Counted from the first letter of the whole stretch, positions 36,741 to 46,582 are shown. The stretch is 62,877 nt of DNA, filler included, from an uncultured Synergistales bacterium (GCA_937897575.1; 5 parts of 5 records of this genome joined end to end with filler, not necessarily neighbours in it); one strand, 5' to 3'. Notes: generated by a model from the sequence alone, not told the origin. Made by a program: numbers and translations.

Positions 36741-37432
36741 GCGGCGTCCCTCCGGCGGAGAAAGGAGAGGGCTCCGTTCAGGAGGAGGGAGAAGGCCAGC
36801 AGCAGGATGCCGAGGGCGATGCCCGCCGAGAACTCGCCCTTCCCCGTCTCGAGGGTGATGGCCGTGGTGATGGTCCTCGTATGCCACTTGATGTTGCCGC
36901 CGAGCATCATGGAGACGCCCACCTCCGCGGTGACCCGCCCGTAGGCCGTGAGGGCGGCGAGCAGTATCTGATGCCGCGCCTCCCGGAGCGTCGAGAACAG
37001 GAGCCCCCACCGTCGCGCCCCGAGGGTGAGGAGGGTGGACCGCAGGCGATGGTCCGTGTTCTCAACGGCCGATGCCGTGAGGGAGAGGACGATGGGAAGG
37101 GCGAGGATGGTCTGGCCCACGGCCATGCCGGGGATGGTGAAGAGCAGCTGCCAGGAGCCCAGGGGTCCTCTGTTGGAGATGAAGGCATAGACGAGAAGCC
37201 CCACCACCACCGTCGGGATGGAGAGAAGTGCGTCGACGACGACGCGGAGCACCCCGCGCCCAGGAAAGGAGCAGTAGCCCAGGAGGAAGCCCAAGGGCAC
37301 GCCGATCAGCAGGGTGACGGCCATGGAGAGCCCTGAGAGGCGCAGTGTGGCCGATACGGCGGACCACACCTCCTCGTTCATGGAGAAGATCAGGGAGATC
37401 CCCTGGAGGAACCCCTCGGACAGATAGCCCAG
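36737..37432 (-). CDS. Tungstate ABC permease (TupB-like); start possibly CTG
   Basis: PTVVVGL, GPLG, EVGVSMMLGGNI and TRTITTAITLET motifs. Confidence 0.85.
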   Translation of the reverse strand: MGYLSEGFLQGISLIFSMNEEVWSAVSATLRLSGLSMAVTLLIGVPLGFLLGYCSFPGRGVLRVVVDALLSIPTVVVGLLVYAFISNRGPLGSWQLLFTIPGMAVGQTILALPIVLSLTASAVENTDHRLRSTLLTLGARRWGLLFSTLREARHQILLAALTAYGRVTAEVGVSMMLGGNIKWHTRTITTAITLETGKGEFSAGIALGILLLAFSLLLNGALSFLRRRDAA

Positions 37433-37592
37433 CGCGTTCACCTCCCTCGAGGCCCTTCGAACCCTGTTCCCGCCGGGTGAAGGCCTTTGTTCGTCGTTCG
37501 ACATTGTACCCCCTCGGCTCCACCGGGGCAAACGAAAAGAGGGGCGGATAGGGTACAATGGTGACCAGCACATCGGAGGGAGAGGATCGGAG

Positions 37593-38147
37593 ATGACGTT
37601 CAGACTGCGGCGCAACGAGGTCCGGTTGCTGATGATCGACGTTCAGGAGCGCCTCTTGCCCGTGATCACCGGACGCGAGACCATCGTGAAGAACGCGGTG
37701 AAGCTGGCGAAGGCGGCCGACGTGCTCACCGTCCCCTTTTTTTACACGGAGCAGTACCCCAAGGGCATCGGCGGCACGGACGGGAGGATCACCGGCGCTC
37801 TGCCGGAGACGGCGCGACGGCTCGAGAAAGTGCACTTCTCCTGCTGCAGTGAGGAGGCCTTCGACGGCTTTCTCTTCCAGGAACCCCGGCCAGTGACGGT
37901 GCTCTTCGGCATCGAAAGCCATATCTGCGTCCTGGGGACGGTCCTGGACATGATCGCCCAGGGACACAAAATCGCTGTCGCGGCTGACGCCTGCGGCAGC
38001 CGGTCACCGGAGAACCACGCCCTGGCCATGGAGGCCATGCGGGCCGCCGGCGCGCTGGTGGTCCCGACGGAGACCGTCGTGTACCACATGATCGGTCGGT
38101 CCGGGACGCCGGAGTTCAAGGCGCTGCTGCCCCTCTTCAAAGAGTGA
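37593..38147 (+). CDS. Isochorismatase-family cysteine hydrolase
   Basis: IDVQERL, TEQYPKG, EK..FS, GIESHICV (D-K-C triad). Confidence 0.9.
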   Translation: MTFRLRRNEVRLLMIDVQERLLPVITGRETIVKNAVKLAKAADVLTVPFFYTEQYPKGIGGTDGRITGALPETARRLEKVHFSCCSEEAFDGFLFQEPRPVTVLFGIESHICVLGTVLDMIAQGHKIAVAADACGSRSPENHALAMEAMRAAGALVVPTETVVYHMIGRSGTPEFKALLPLFKE

Positions 38148-38172
38148 CGGAAAGGAAGCGATCGGCGTGAAC

Positions 38173-39417
38173 ATGGCTATGGACAGGGAGGGCACTCTCA
38201 AGCTGCACCGGAAGGCCAAGGGGAAGATACGGATCGACCCCACGGTGAACATTCGCGACGTGAACGACCTCGCCGCAGTCTATGTCCAGGGCGGTGCCTT
38301 CGCCGCCGAGGAGATCGTCGAGGACCGCGACAGGGTCTACGAGTACAGCGGGAAAGCGAACCGCATGGCCATGATCTGCGACGGGACGGCGGTGCTGGGC
38401 CTGGGGGACATCGGCCCCGAGGCGGCGCTGCCCGTCATGGAGGGGAAGTGCCTTCTGTTCAGGACCTTCGGCGACATCGACGCCGTCCCGCTGTGCATCC
38501 GGGCATCGGACGCCGAGGAGATCATACAGGCGGCGAAGCTGATCGCCCCATCCTTCGGCGCCATCGACATCGAGGATGTCTCCAGCCCCGACTGCTTCAC
38601 GGTGGTGGAGCGTCTCCAGACGGAGCTGGACATCCCCGTGCTCTGCGACGACCAGCACGGGTCCGCCGTGGTGGTCTACGCGGCCCTCACCAACGCGCTG
38701 AAGGTCGTCGGAAAGGACCTTCGGAACGTCTCCATCGTGATCCTCGGCGCGGGGGCCTCGGGCATCGCCGTCGCCAGACTGCTCCTCCACGCCGGCGCGG
38801 GGAACATCACCGTGCTGAACCGGGACGGCATCCTGGGCCCTGGCAACAGGGGACGGAACTTCGTCCAGGAGGAGCTCTCCCATCAGGTGAACCCCGAGGG
38901 GAGGAGCGGCGGGATCGCCGACGCGCTGAAGGGGGCCGACGTGCTCATCGGGCTCTCCTCCGGCGGCAGAGTGACGCCGGAGCAGATCGGCGCCATGAAC
39001 CGCCCCAGCGTCGTCTTCGCCCTCTCCATGCCCACACCGGAGATAGCGCCCGAGGAGGCTGCGGCCGCAGGCGTCGCCGTCTTCGCCCGGGGGATCAGCG
39101 GGGATTTCAACGCCATGCCGAACCTTCACGCCTACCCGGGTATCACCAGGGGGCTCCTCGACGTCCGGGCCACGGGGCTGAACATGAACGTCCTCCTCGC
39201 CGCCGCCGGCGCCATAGCGAACACCGTGGACGAGCGGCGGCTCTCCCATCGGCTCATCGTCCCGGACCTCTTCTCCGACGAGGTGACCCCACGGGTGGCC
39301 GAGGCCGTTGCCCAGTCGGCCATCGCCGAGGGGCTGGCGGCACGCCCTCTGCCCCCGAAGGAGGTCTATGAACGAACCTGGGAGCGGCTCTTCGGCAACT
39401 TCATGGCGAGCATGTAA
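38173..39417 (+). CDS. Malic enzyme family protein (divergent motifs)
   Basis: DGTAVLGLGDIG, MEGK, DDQHG, GAGASG. Confidence 0.85.
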   Translation: MAMDREGTLKLHRKAKGKIRIDPTVNIRDVNDLAAVYVQGGAFAAEEIVEDRDRVYEYSGKANRMAMICDGTAVLGLGDIGPEAALPVMEGKCLLFRTFGDIDAVPLCIRASDAEEIIQAAKLIAPSFGAIDIEDVSSPDCFTVVERLQTELDIPVLCDDQHGSAVVVYAALTNALKVVGKDLRNVSIVILGAGASGIAVARLLLHAGAGNITVLNRDGILGPGNRGRNFVQEELSHQVNPEGRSGGIADALKGADVLIGLSSGGRVTPEQIGAMNRPSVVFALSMPTPEIAPEEAAAAGVAVFARGISGDFNAMPNLHAYPGITRGLLDVRATGLNMNVLLAAAGAIANTVDERRLSHRLIVPDLFSDEVTPRVAEAVAQSAIAEGLAARPLPPKEVYERTWERLFGNFMASM

Positions 39418-39433
39418 CGAAGAAGACCGGACG

Positions 39434-39470
39434 AAGACAGAGCGCTCCCCGGGGAGCGCTCTGTCTTTTT
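39434..39470. terminator. Terminator between the convergent malic enzyme and rtcB genes
   Basis: 34-bp perfect palindrome (39434-39467) with a T-tail. Confidence 0.75.
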
Positions 39471-39515
39471 CGTTTTCGGACACTCTGCGGGCGCCGGCGA
39501 CAGCCCTCAGTTCGC

Positions 39516-40832
39516 TCAGTCGGGCTCCCCTCGCCGCCGGAAGGGCTCCTCCTTCGCCTTGATGTTGTGGACGGGGCGCACCCGCCCCAGGATCGTCGCC
39601 GTGGCCGGAAGGAGGGCGACGATATCGCCGGCGGGCTTGTAGGCGTCGGGCGCTTCGTCGAGCACCTCCGCAGCCCTGTTCCCCGTGTAGACGCCCGCCT
39701 CGGCCATCTGGCGCTCCAATCGGCCGGAATCCAGGGTTCGGAGGGCCTTCTTCCGGGACATCCTCCGCCCCGCGCCGTGGGGGGCCGACAGGTTCCACTC
39801 CTCGTTGCCCGCCCCTTCGCACAGCAGCACGCCCTCCGCCATGTTCAGCGGCACCAGCAGCCGCTCGCCGCGCTTCGCCGAGACGGCTCCCTTCCGGATG
39901 GTCATGGGCTCGTCGGAGGAGATGTAGTTGTGCACCGTCTCCACCGTCTCGAGGGATCTGTTCCCCGAGACCCGGAGCACCGTCTCAAGCATGGCCCGTC
40001 TGTTCAGACAGGCGTAGACCTGGGCCACGAGCATCTCCCGAAGATAGCCGAGGGCACCCTCCCCCTCGAGCCACGGGACCCCTCCCGCGGTGTGGACCGT
40101 CGGCGCGGAGGCCGCCCGGATCCGTTCCGGGATCTCCTCCCTGGGGAAGAGCCCCTCCTCGGCCTGACGGCGAACCGCGCGGGCGATCTCCCGCAGCTCC
40201 GGCCCCGAGGGGGCAGTGCCCGCCGCCCGCTGCTGCCACTTTTCGCACACCTTCAGCCCGAAGTTCCGAGAGCCGGAATGGATGAACAGCCAGTCCCCGC
40301 CGCCCTCCTCCCGGCCCGCCTCGATGAAGTGGTTCCCGCCGCCCAGAGAGCCGATGCCGTACCACGACCGCTCCCCCATCTCGTCGAGGAGGGCGCCGAT
40401 ATGATCCGGCGTCGTCTCGGTGAAGGGGAGTCCCAGCCTCGCGGCGAAACCCCGAAGCGCCCTGTTCATTCCGTCGAGCCAGGGCGTGAAGAGGGCCAGG
40501 TCCAACCGGTCGTCCCCCACGTCGAAGCCCATGGGGATCGACGAACGGATGAGCCGGTCATATCCGGCGGGGTTGTCCCAGGGTGCGGCGAGCCGCGCGC
40601 CCAGAACCCCGCATCCGATGTCCACGCCCACCACCTCGGGGACCACCGCGGTGCCGAGCCTCATGGTGAAGCCGATGACGGCCCCTTTGCCGGCGTGAGC
40701 GTCGGGCATGATGACGATGGGGTTCGTGAAGGCCGGGTGGTCGCAGAGCCCCTGTATCTGGGCGAGGCATCCGTCGTCCGTGTCCCTCGCGGTGATGCGG
40801 GCGGTGGTGTACTTCCCTCGCAGGATGTCCAT
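39516..40832 (-). CDS. rtcB: RtcB family RNA ligase
   Basis: MPDAH, GVDIGCG, GGGNHFIE, HSGSR, HNY, RKGA, HGAGR and DEAPDAYK motifs. Confidence 0.92.
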   Translation of the reverse strand: MDILRGKYTTARITARDTDDGCLAQIQGLCDHPAFTNPIVIMPDAHAGKGAVIGFTMRLGTAVVPEVVGVDIGCGVLGARLAAPWDNPAGYDRLIRSSIPMGFDVGDDRLDLALFTPWLDGMNRALRGFAARLGLPFTETTPDHIGALLDEMGERSWYGIGSLGGGNHFIEAGREEGGGDWLFIHSGSRNFGLKVCEKWQQRAAGTAPSGPELREIARAVRRQAEEGLFPREEIPERIRAASAPTVHTAGGVPWLEGEGALGYLREMLVAQVYACLNRRAMLETVLRVSGNRSLETVETVHNYISSDEPMTIRKGAVSAKRGERLLVPLNMAEGVLLCEGAGNEEWNLSAPHGAGRRMSRKKALRTLDSGRLERQMAEAGVYTGNRAAEVLDEAPDAYKPAGDIVALLPATATILGRVRPVHNIKAKEEPFRRRGEPD

Positions 40833-40911
40833 GATGTTCCTCCTTGTATGAGCGTCGAGCCCCCTTCCGAAAGGGGGCGACCTCTGAATCGGAAAAATGT
40901 GGTCGTTGAAG

Positions 40912-41478
40912 CTACAGGGTCCGGACGAGCAGCAGGGCCGTGCCGAGGACGGTGACGAGGAGGGAGTGCCGTTCGCTGACCCAGAGCACGGAACGGTCGA
41001 AGGGGCCCGTGAGCCGGGCGGGGTTCCAACTCTTGGGGAAAAAACGGCCCGTGGTGGCCGCATAGTCGTCGTAGGCCGCGCCGAACTTGCCCCGGAGGAA
41101 CTGCTCCTCGTAGGGGACGATCAGGACGGCGTAGATCAGAATGAAGGCGACGCAGAAGATGACGATCGCCGTCGGACCGGCGAGGACCGCCCACCCCAGG
41201 CCGATGAGGCCGTTTCCGACATAGAGCGGGTTGCGGACCAGACCGTAGGGACCCCACGTGACGAGGCGCTCGGCTCCCACCCGCTCGCCCCGGTACCGCG
41301 TGATGCACCCCACGGCCCAGAAGCGTATGAGCTGTCCGAGGACGACGAGGGCCAGACCGCCTGCGACGGCCCCCTTCGACGCGGGTTTGGCGACGAACCA
41401 GACGGCGAGGAAGAGGGCGGTCCAGAGGCCGCCCCGAAGGGCGAAGGCCGTCGAGCGTATCTTATGCACCGGGATCAC
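40912..41478 (-). CDS. Isoprenylcysteine carboxyl methyltransferase/PEMT-like membrane protein
   Basis: LVTWGPYGLVRNPLY and EEQFL..KFG..Y motifs. Confidence 0.85.
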   Translation of the reverse strand: MIPVHKIRSTAFALRGGLWTALFLAVWFVAKPASKGAVAGGLALVVLGQLIRFWAVGCITRYRGERVGAERLVTWGPYGLVRNPLYVGNGLIGLGWAVLAGPTAIVIFCVAFILIYAVLIVPYEEQFLRGKFGAAYDDYAATTGRFFPKSWNPARLTGPFDRSVLWVSERHSLLVTVLGTALLLVRTL

Positions 41479-42520
41479 CTGCTTTTTTATGGGCCGCCTC
41501 TTTGTGGATCTTCTCCGTGACGCCCCAGCCGATCATGCGGACGGCCACGACGACGCCCATGGCGATGGCGAGATACTCCGTGAAGAAGCGCCAGGCGATG
41601 GCCATGACGCCGGCCATGTTCCACGGGACGAGGAGGCTGAAGATCGCCGCGCCGCCCCCCTCCGCCACGCCGCTCGCTCCGGGTGTCGGGATGAAGTACA
41701 GGATGAACATGAAGACCGCCTGGGCCAGCAGCGCCTGAAGAAAGTTGAAGGGCAGGCCCACGGACGCGATGAGGCAGGGCAGGACTGAGAATATGAAGAA
41801 CAGGTGCAGCACCGAGAGGAGGACGGCGGCGATGAAGTGCCTTCGCCCGCAGGTGAGGAACATGCGCAGGTTGAGGTTGTAGTTGTCCACCTCCAGGTGG
41901 ATCCGCTTGATGGACTGGATGAGCTTGAAGGCCTTCACGAGGCGCAGGCGCTTCACCCAGATCATGGCGATGCTCGCCCACTTCTTGATGACGTCGGGTC
42001 GGAGAAAGCTCAGCAGCACAAGGGCGCAGGAGAGGATGACGAAGACCAGCACGTAGGAGAAGGCCCCCTTGAGGAAGATCTTCCCCCGGAGCAGGTCGGG
42101 CTCGACCAGAACGGCCAGCGGCACCGTGAGGCCCAGGATGATCACCGTGAGCAGCGTCCTCGTCAGGGTGATGGCTATCCCCTTGCCGATGGGCACGTTC
42201 TGCCTGTACAGGACGTAGACCTGAAAGGGACCGCCGCCGCTCTGCATGGGCGTCACGGCGCACCCGAAGTAGTGGAGCCACGTGAGGACAAGCCCCATGC
42301 GGAACCCCAGGTCCTCCCCCGCCGCGTGGGCGAGGGCCCGGAACCGGGACGCGTCGCACAGCCAGGCGCAGAAGACCAGCATGAGGGCCAGGAACAGCAA
42401 CCGCTTGTCGGCGCGAAGGATCGTCTGCAACGTCTCGCGGTCGACGCTCGAGAAGAGCACCACCGCGCTCACGCCGAAGGTCAGCAGAACGAAGAGAATT
42501 AGTCCTTTTCGAAGGGACAA
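41462..42520 (-). CDS. Lysylphosphatidylglycerol synthase TM (flippase-like) domain protein
   Basis: TPMQSGGGP, PTPGASGVAE and WRFFTEY motifs. Confidence 0.85.
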   Translation of the reverse strand: MSLRKGLILFVLLTFGVSAVVLFSSVDRETLQTILRADKRLLFLALMLVFCAWLCDASRFRALAHAAGEDLGFRMGLVLTWLHYFGCAVTPMQSGGGPFQVYVLYRQNVPIGKGIAITLTRTLLTVIILGLTVPLAVLVEPDLLRGKIFLKGAFSYVLVFVILSCALVLLSFLRPDVIKKWASIAMIWVKRLRLVKAFKLIQSIKRIHLEVDNYNLNLRMFLTCGRRHFIAAVLLSVLHLFFIFSVLPCLIASVGLPFNFLQALLAQAVFMFILYFIPTPGASGVAEGGGAAIFSLLVPWNMAGVMAIAWRFFTEYLAIAMGVVVAVRMIGWGVTEKIHKEAAHKKAGDPGA

Positions 42521-42677
42521 ACCGACATCCTCCTTACTGCACTACGGTGCCCGGCTGAAGTGTCCGCCTACGGACAAGGGCCCGTCGGGCGACCGCACGG
42601 GGCTCATTGTAGCAGATTTCTTCCGCACCGGGAAATGTCGGGGGGCGCGCACCGCACGCCAGGAAAGGGGGTTCTCG

Positions 42678-43370
42678 CTACAGGTACACGCCGCCGCCGT
42701 TCTCGTCCAGCTCCTGTTCCGGCAGCTGGGCGAAGCCGATGCGCCAAGCGTACACAGCGGCCTGAGTCCGGTCCCGAAGGTCGAGCTTCCTGAGCAGATG
42801 GCTCACGTGATTCTTCACCGTCTTCTCGGAGAGGACCATCCTCCCCGCGATCTCGCCGTTGCTGAACCCCTGGGCGAGCCAGTAGAGCGCCTCCTTCTCC
42901 CGGGGCGTCAGCTCATGGAGCTTGTCGTTCTCTCCCGCCGGGGAGGCGGCCGTGAGAAGGCGCCCGGCGACCTTCGCGTCCACGTAGGGCTGCCCCTGAG
43001 CCGCGGAGCGGATGGCCGAGAGCAGCTCCACCTTGCCCGAGGCCTTCAGCACGTACCCGATGACGCCCATGGAGGAGAGGCGCGACAGGTTCTCCTCCGT
43101 ATCGTAGGCGCTGATGGCCACGTACTCTATCCTGTGAGGCACCGCGCTCAGCTCCCGGATGAGCTGCACGCCGTTGAGCCGAGGCATGTTGATGTCGAAG
43201 AGGAGGATATCGGGCTCCCGCTCCCGGACGGCCCTCAGGGCGTCCACTCCGTCGGACGCCTCCCCCACGACGATCATGTCGGGCTCCGTCTCGAGGAGCT
43301 TCCGGATTCCGTCGCGGAACAGCTTATGGTCGTCGGCGATGATCACTCGGATCTGTTCGTCTCTCGCTAT
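42678..43370 (-). CDS. Orphan NarL/DegU family response regulator; start ATA 43370 or GTG 43379
   Basis: IADDH, DINMP, GYVLK; LuxR HTH LTPRE..SEKTVKNH. Confidence 0.9.
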   Translation of the reverse strand: MARDEQIRVIIADDHKLFRDGIRKLLETEPDMIVVGEASDGVDALRAVREREPDILLFDINMPRLNGVQLIRELSAVPHRIEYVAISAYDTEENLSRLSSMGVIGYVLKASGKVELLSAIRSAAQGQPYVDAKVAGRLLTAASPAGENDKLHELTPREKEALYWLAQGFSNGEIAGRMVLSEKTVKNHVSHLLRKLDLRDRTQAAVYAWRIGFAQLPEQELDENGGGVYL

Positions 43371-43501
43371 GGGAGACACCCCCTTGCGCGGGACTGCCAC
43401 AGGATAGGATGTGATATAGTAATACTTTCCAAAGCCAGCGACAAGCGGGCTTAGTGAGCCATTGTACCACTTAGCCAGGCCTTTTTCGAGGAGGAAGCGC
43501 G

Positions 43502-44275
43502 ATGCCGGACAAGGGACCTCTTTTGCCTCTCGGCCTCCGAAAGAAGATCGGGGCCGCCATGGGCGACTTCCGCATGATCGCACCCGGCGACCGGATCCTC
43601 ATCGGACTTTCGGGCGGGAAGGACAGCCTTCTGCTGACCCTGGCCCTCGCGGAGTTCCGCCGCAGGAGCCCCGTCCGGTTTTCCCTCAGGGCCTGCACCG
43701 TGGACATCACAGCCGGTCAGATGGACACGGCCGCCCTCGAGGCCTTCTGCGCCGGCCTCCACATCCCCCATACGACATACCGGCACCCCATCACGGAGAT
43801 CATCGAGATCCGGAACGAACGGTCCCCATGCAGCCTCTGCGCCAACATCCGGCGGGGAATCCTGAACGCCCGCGCCAGAGACGAGGGGTGCAACCTCCTC
43901 GCCCTGGGGCACAACCTCGACGACGCCGTCGAGACGGTCCTGATGAACCTGTTCCACACCGGCCGGTTCAGGGCCTTTCAGCCGAAGTTCCACCAGAGCC
44001 GGTCGGGCATAACGGTGATCCGCCCCCTCGTCCTCGCCGAGGAGCAGAGGATCGCCCGGGAGGTCCGGCGTCTCGGCCTCCCCGTGCTGCCCTACGTCTG
44101 CCCCTTTTCCCTGGAGACGGAGCGCTCCAGGACGAAGAAAGTTCTCGAGCAACTGAGTGCCGACAACCCCCGTATCAAGTACAATATAGTACGAGCGCTC
44201 CGGACTCTCGACCAGAGGGACCGATGGTCCTCCAAGGATGAGGAGCCCGGGAACGAGCCCGATGATTCGTTCTGA
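43502..44275 (+). CDS. ttcA: tRNA 2-thiocytidine biosynthesis TtcA family protein
   Basis: SGGKDS PP-loop; CSLC; GHNLDDAVET; IRPL. Confidence 0.85.
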   Translation: MPDKGPLLPLGLRKKIGAAMGDFRMIAPGDRILIGLSGGKDSLLLTLALAEFRRRSPVRFSLRACTVDITAGQMDTAALEAFCAGLHIPHTTYRHPITEIIEIRNERSPCSLCANIRRGILNARARDEGCNLLALGHNLDDAVETVLMNLFHTGRFRAFQPKFHQSRSGITVIRPLVLAEEQRIAREVRRLGLPVLPYVCPFSLETERSRTKKVLEQLSADNPRIKYNIVRALRTLDQRDRWSSKDEEPGNEPDDSF

Positions 44276-44288
44276 AAGGAGTGGGGCC

Positions 44289-46118
44289 ATGAAGAGCAGA
44301 GAGATGGGCAACGAGAGCCCGAAAGAGCGGCAGAGTGCTCCGACGGACGACCCCTCCTTCGCCGAGCCGGGGAGCGTGACGGCGAAGTATTTTCAGTGGG
44401 ACCCCCAGGAGGACGGCGAGTTCGCCCCCCTCATCGTCGGCAAGGGCAGCATCGGCGGAAAGGGACGATCCCTCCTCTTCTCCATGGCGAAGGTCCGGGA
44501 GAGCGGGGAGGAGACGCTCAAGAGCGTGGTCTTTCCCCCATCCCTCTTTATCGCAACGGACTCCTTCGATCAGGTCCTGTCCCAGATAGAGGACCTGGAA
44601 ACCCTCAAGAAGGCGCCCCCCGAAGAGATCGAGAAAACCTTCTTGGCCACGACGCTGCCCAAAGAGGTCGTCGACGCCGTGGCCGCGTTCCTGAGGAAGG
44701 TGTCGGACCCGATCATCGTGCGGAGCAGCAGCGTCCTCGAGGACTCGCTGAAGTACTCCTTCGCGGGGAAGTACCTCTCCACCTTCGAGTTCAACGGAGC
44801 CGACACCCCCTTCGACGAGCGTCTTGACAGGGTTCTTCGGGACATCCGGCAGATCTACGCCCGGACCTTCTTTCCCGTGGCGACGGCCTATCGGAAGAAG
44901 CACGGCCTGGGCGACGACAAGATGGGGATCATCATCATGCGCGTCGCAGGCAAGTGGCGCGGGCGGTACTACTACCCCACCATGGCCGGCGTGGGGTTCT
45001 CGCGATACTACCGGCGGTGGACGACTCGGATCAGGGCCGAGGACGGCATCATCCGCCTGGTCTTCGGCATGGGGACCACAAGCACCAAGCGGGGGTACGC
45101 CAGAAGTTTCGCCCTCACCCTGCCCTGCCTCCGCCCCGAGGGGCAGAACCCCTTCAACATCATGCGCCACGCCCAGGAGCACTTCCAGGTCATCGACCGG
45201 GAGCGCCGGGAGCTCGTCACCGTGGACGTGAAACAGATATGGAAGGATATCCTCCCGTACCACAGCTGTTTTCCTGACTACGCCCAGATCTACAGCGCCG
45301 AGGACGACGAGGGCGGCTACTTCTCGCCCATGTCCCGAAGGGGCAACCTCATCGGCCAGGGACAGAAGATCTGCTTCACCTTCGAGGAGTTCGCCTGTCG
45401 GTCGGGACACTTCTTCGACCGCATGAAGAGGCTTCTGAACCTCCTGGACCGCTCCATGGGCGTCCCCGCCGACGTGGAGTTCGCCTATCACCCCACGGAG
45501 GACCTGGTGGAGGTCGTCCAGGCCCGCCCCCTCTGGTTCGCCGAGAAGATGCCGGACATGAAGGCCCCCGATCTCAAGACCCGCCGGGTTGTCCTGAAGG
45601 CGGACCGCATGGTGACCCATGGGGTGAAGGAGAACCTGCCCTACATCGTCTACGTGGACCACCACGTCTACGCCCAGGAGACGCGCTTCCACGACGTCGC
45701 ACGGGGCATCGGCGCCGTGAACGACGCCCTCAGGGGGAAGAACTACATCCTCGTGGCCCCCGGGCGGGTCGGCTCGAGCAACCCGCTCCTCGGGGTGCCC
45801 GTCCAGTACGACGAGCTGACGGGGTGCTCCTGCATCGTGGAGGTCGGCTTTCCCAAGGAGGGGTACATGCCCGAGCTCTCCTTCGGCACCCACTTCTTCA
45901 CGGACCTGGAGATCGACGGGATCCTCTACATGCCCGTCTACGAGGCATCGAAGGGCAACGTGTTCGACGAGGCCTTCTTCGACGCCTCGCCCTATGCCCT
46001 CGGGCCCCACGCCGCCATTCGCATCTACTCGGGATCCTTCTCCGTCTACACGGACGGAGACAAAAACATCGGGCTCGTCATCGCCGACAGGGTGGACGAG
46101 CCCGACTCGGAGTGGTAA
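44289..46118 (+). CDS. PEP/pyruvate-binding (PPDK_N-like) domain protein
   Basis: IGGKG, VRSSS.LED, FAGKY, DVEFA and VQARPL ATP-grasp motifs. Confidence 0.8.
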   Translation: MKSREMGNESPKERQSAPTDDPSFAEPGSVTAKYFQWDPQEDGEFAPLIVGKGSIGGKGRSLLFSMAKVRESGEETLKSVVFPPSLFIATDSFDQVLSQIEDLETLKKAPPEEIEKTFLATTLPKEVVDAVAAFLRKVSDPIIVRSSSVLEDSLKYSFAGKYLSTFEFNGADTPFDERLDRVLRDIRQIYARTFFPVATAYRKKHGLGDDKMGIIIMRVAGKWRGRYYYPTMAGVGFSRYYRRWTTRIRAEDGIIRLVFGMGTTSTKRGYARSFALTLPCLRPEGQNPFNIMRHAQEHFQVIDRERRELVTVDVKQIWKDILPYHSCFPDYAQIYSAEDDEGGYFSPMSRRGNLIGQGQKICFTFEEFACRSGHFFDRMKRLLNLLDRSMGVPADVEFAYHPTEDLVEVVQARPLWFAEKMPDMKAPDLKTRRVVLKADRMVTHGVKENLPYIVYVDHHVYAQETRFHDVARGIGAVNDALRGKNYILVAPGRVGSSNPLLGVPVQYDELTGCSCIVEVGFPKEGYMPELSFGTHFFTDLEIDGILYMPVYEASKGNVFDEAFFDASPYALGPHAAIRIYSGSFSVYTDGDKNIGLVIADRVDEPDSEW

Positions 46119-46137
46119 GGGAGAGCTTTCAGCAGGG

Positions 46138-46482
46138 TCAGAGGACGATCGCCCGTTTCGCGAGCTGCTCCACCAGCTCCGTCACCTCGAGGGCCTGGGA
46201 GCCGTAGTTCGGGTGCCCCATGAGCCCGTAGGTGTAGTTTTTGCCCTGTTCGACGCCGGGTTGGTCGAAGGGGTTCACGTCGAGCGCATAGCCAGTGAGG
46301 GCCGTGACGTGCTCGTAGAGCTGGATCAGTGCGCCGAGATGCCGGGCGTCCAGCTTGGGGAGCGAGATGGTGATCACGGGTTTACCCGTCTTCGCGATGG
46401 CCGCCGCCGTGGACAGCGCCTCGTAGTGGCGGAGGGAGTTCATGGATTGGCCGAAGAGATAGGAGAGGGCCATGAGGCTCTG
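46138..46482 (-). CDS. pgi: Glucose-6-phosphate isomerase, C-terminal fragment
   Basis: VNPFDQPGVEQGK. Confidence 0.88.
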   Translation of the reverse strand, partial: QSLMALSYLFGQSMNSLRHYEALSTAAAIAKTGKPVITISLPKLDARHLGALIQLYEHVTALTGYALDVNPFDQPGVEQGKNYTYGLMGHPNYGSQALEVTELVEQLAKRAIVL

Positions 46483-46582
46483 NNNNNNNNNNNNNNNNNN
46501 NNNNNNNNNNNNNNNNNNNNNNNNNNTTAATTAATTAANNNNNNNNNNNNNNNNNNNNNNNNNNNNNNNNNNNNNNNNNNNN

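Noticed and set aside
39434..39467. 34-bp perfect palindrome
   Set aside because: Adequately explained as a terminator between convergent genes.
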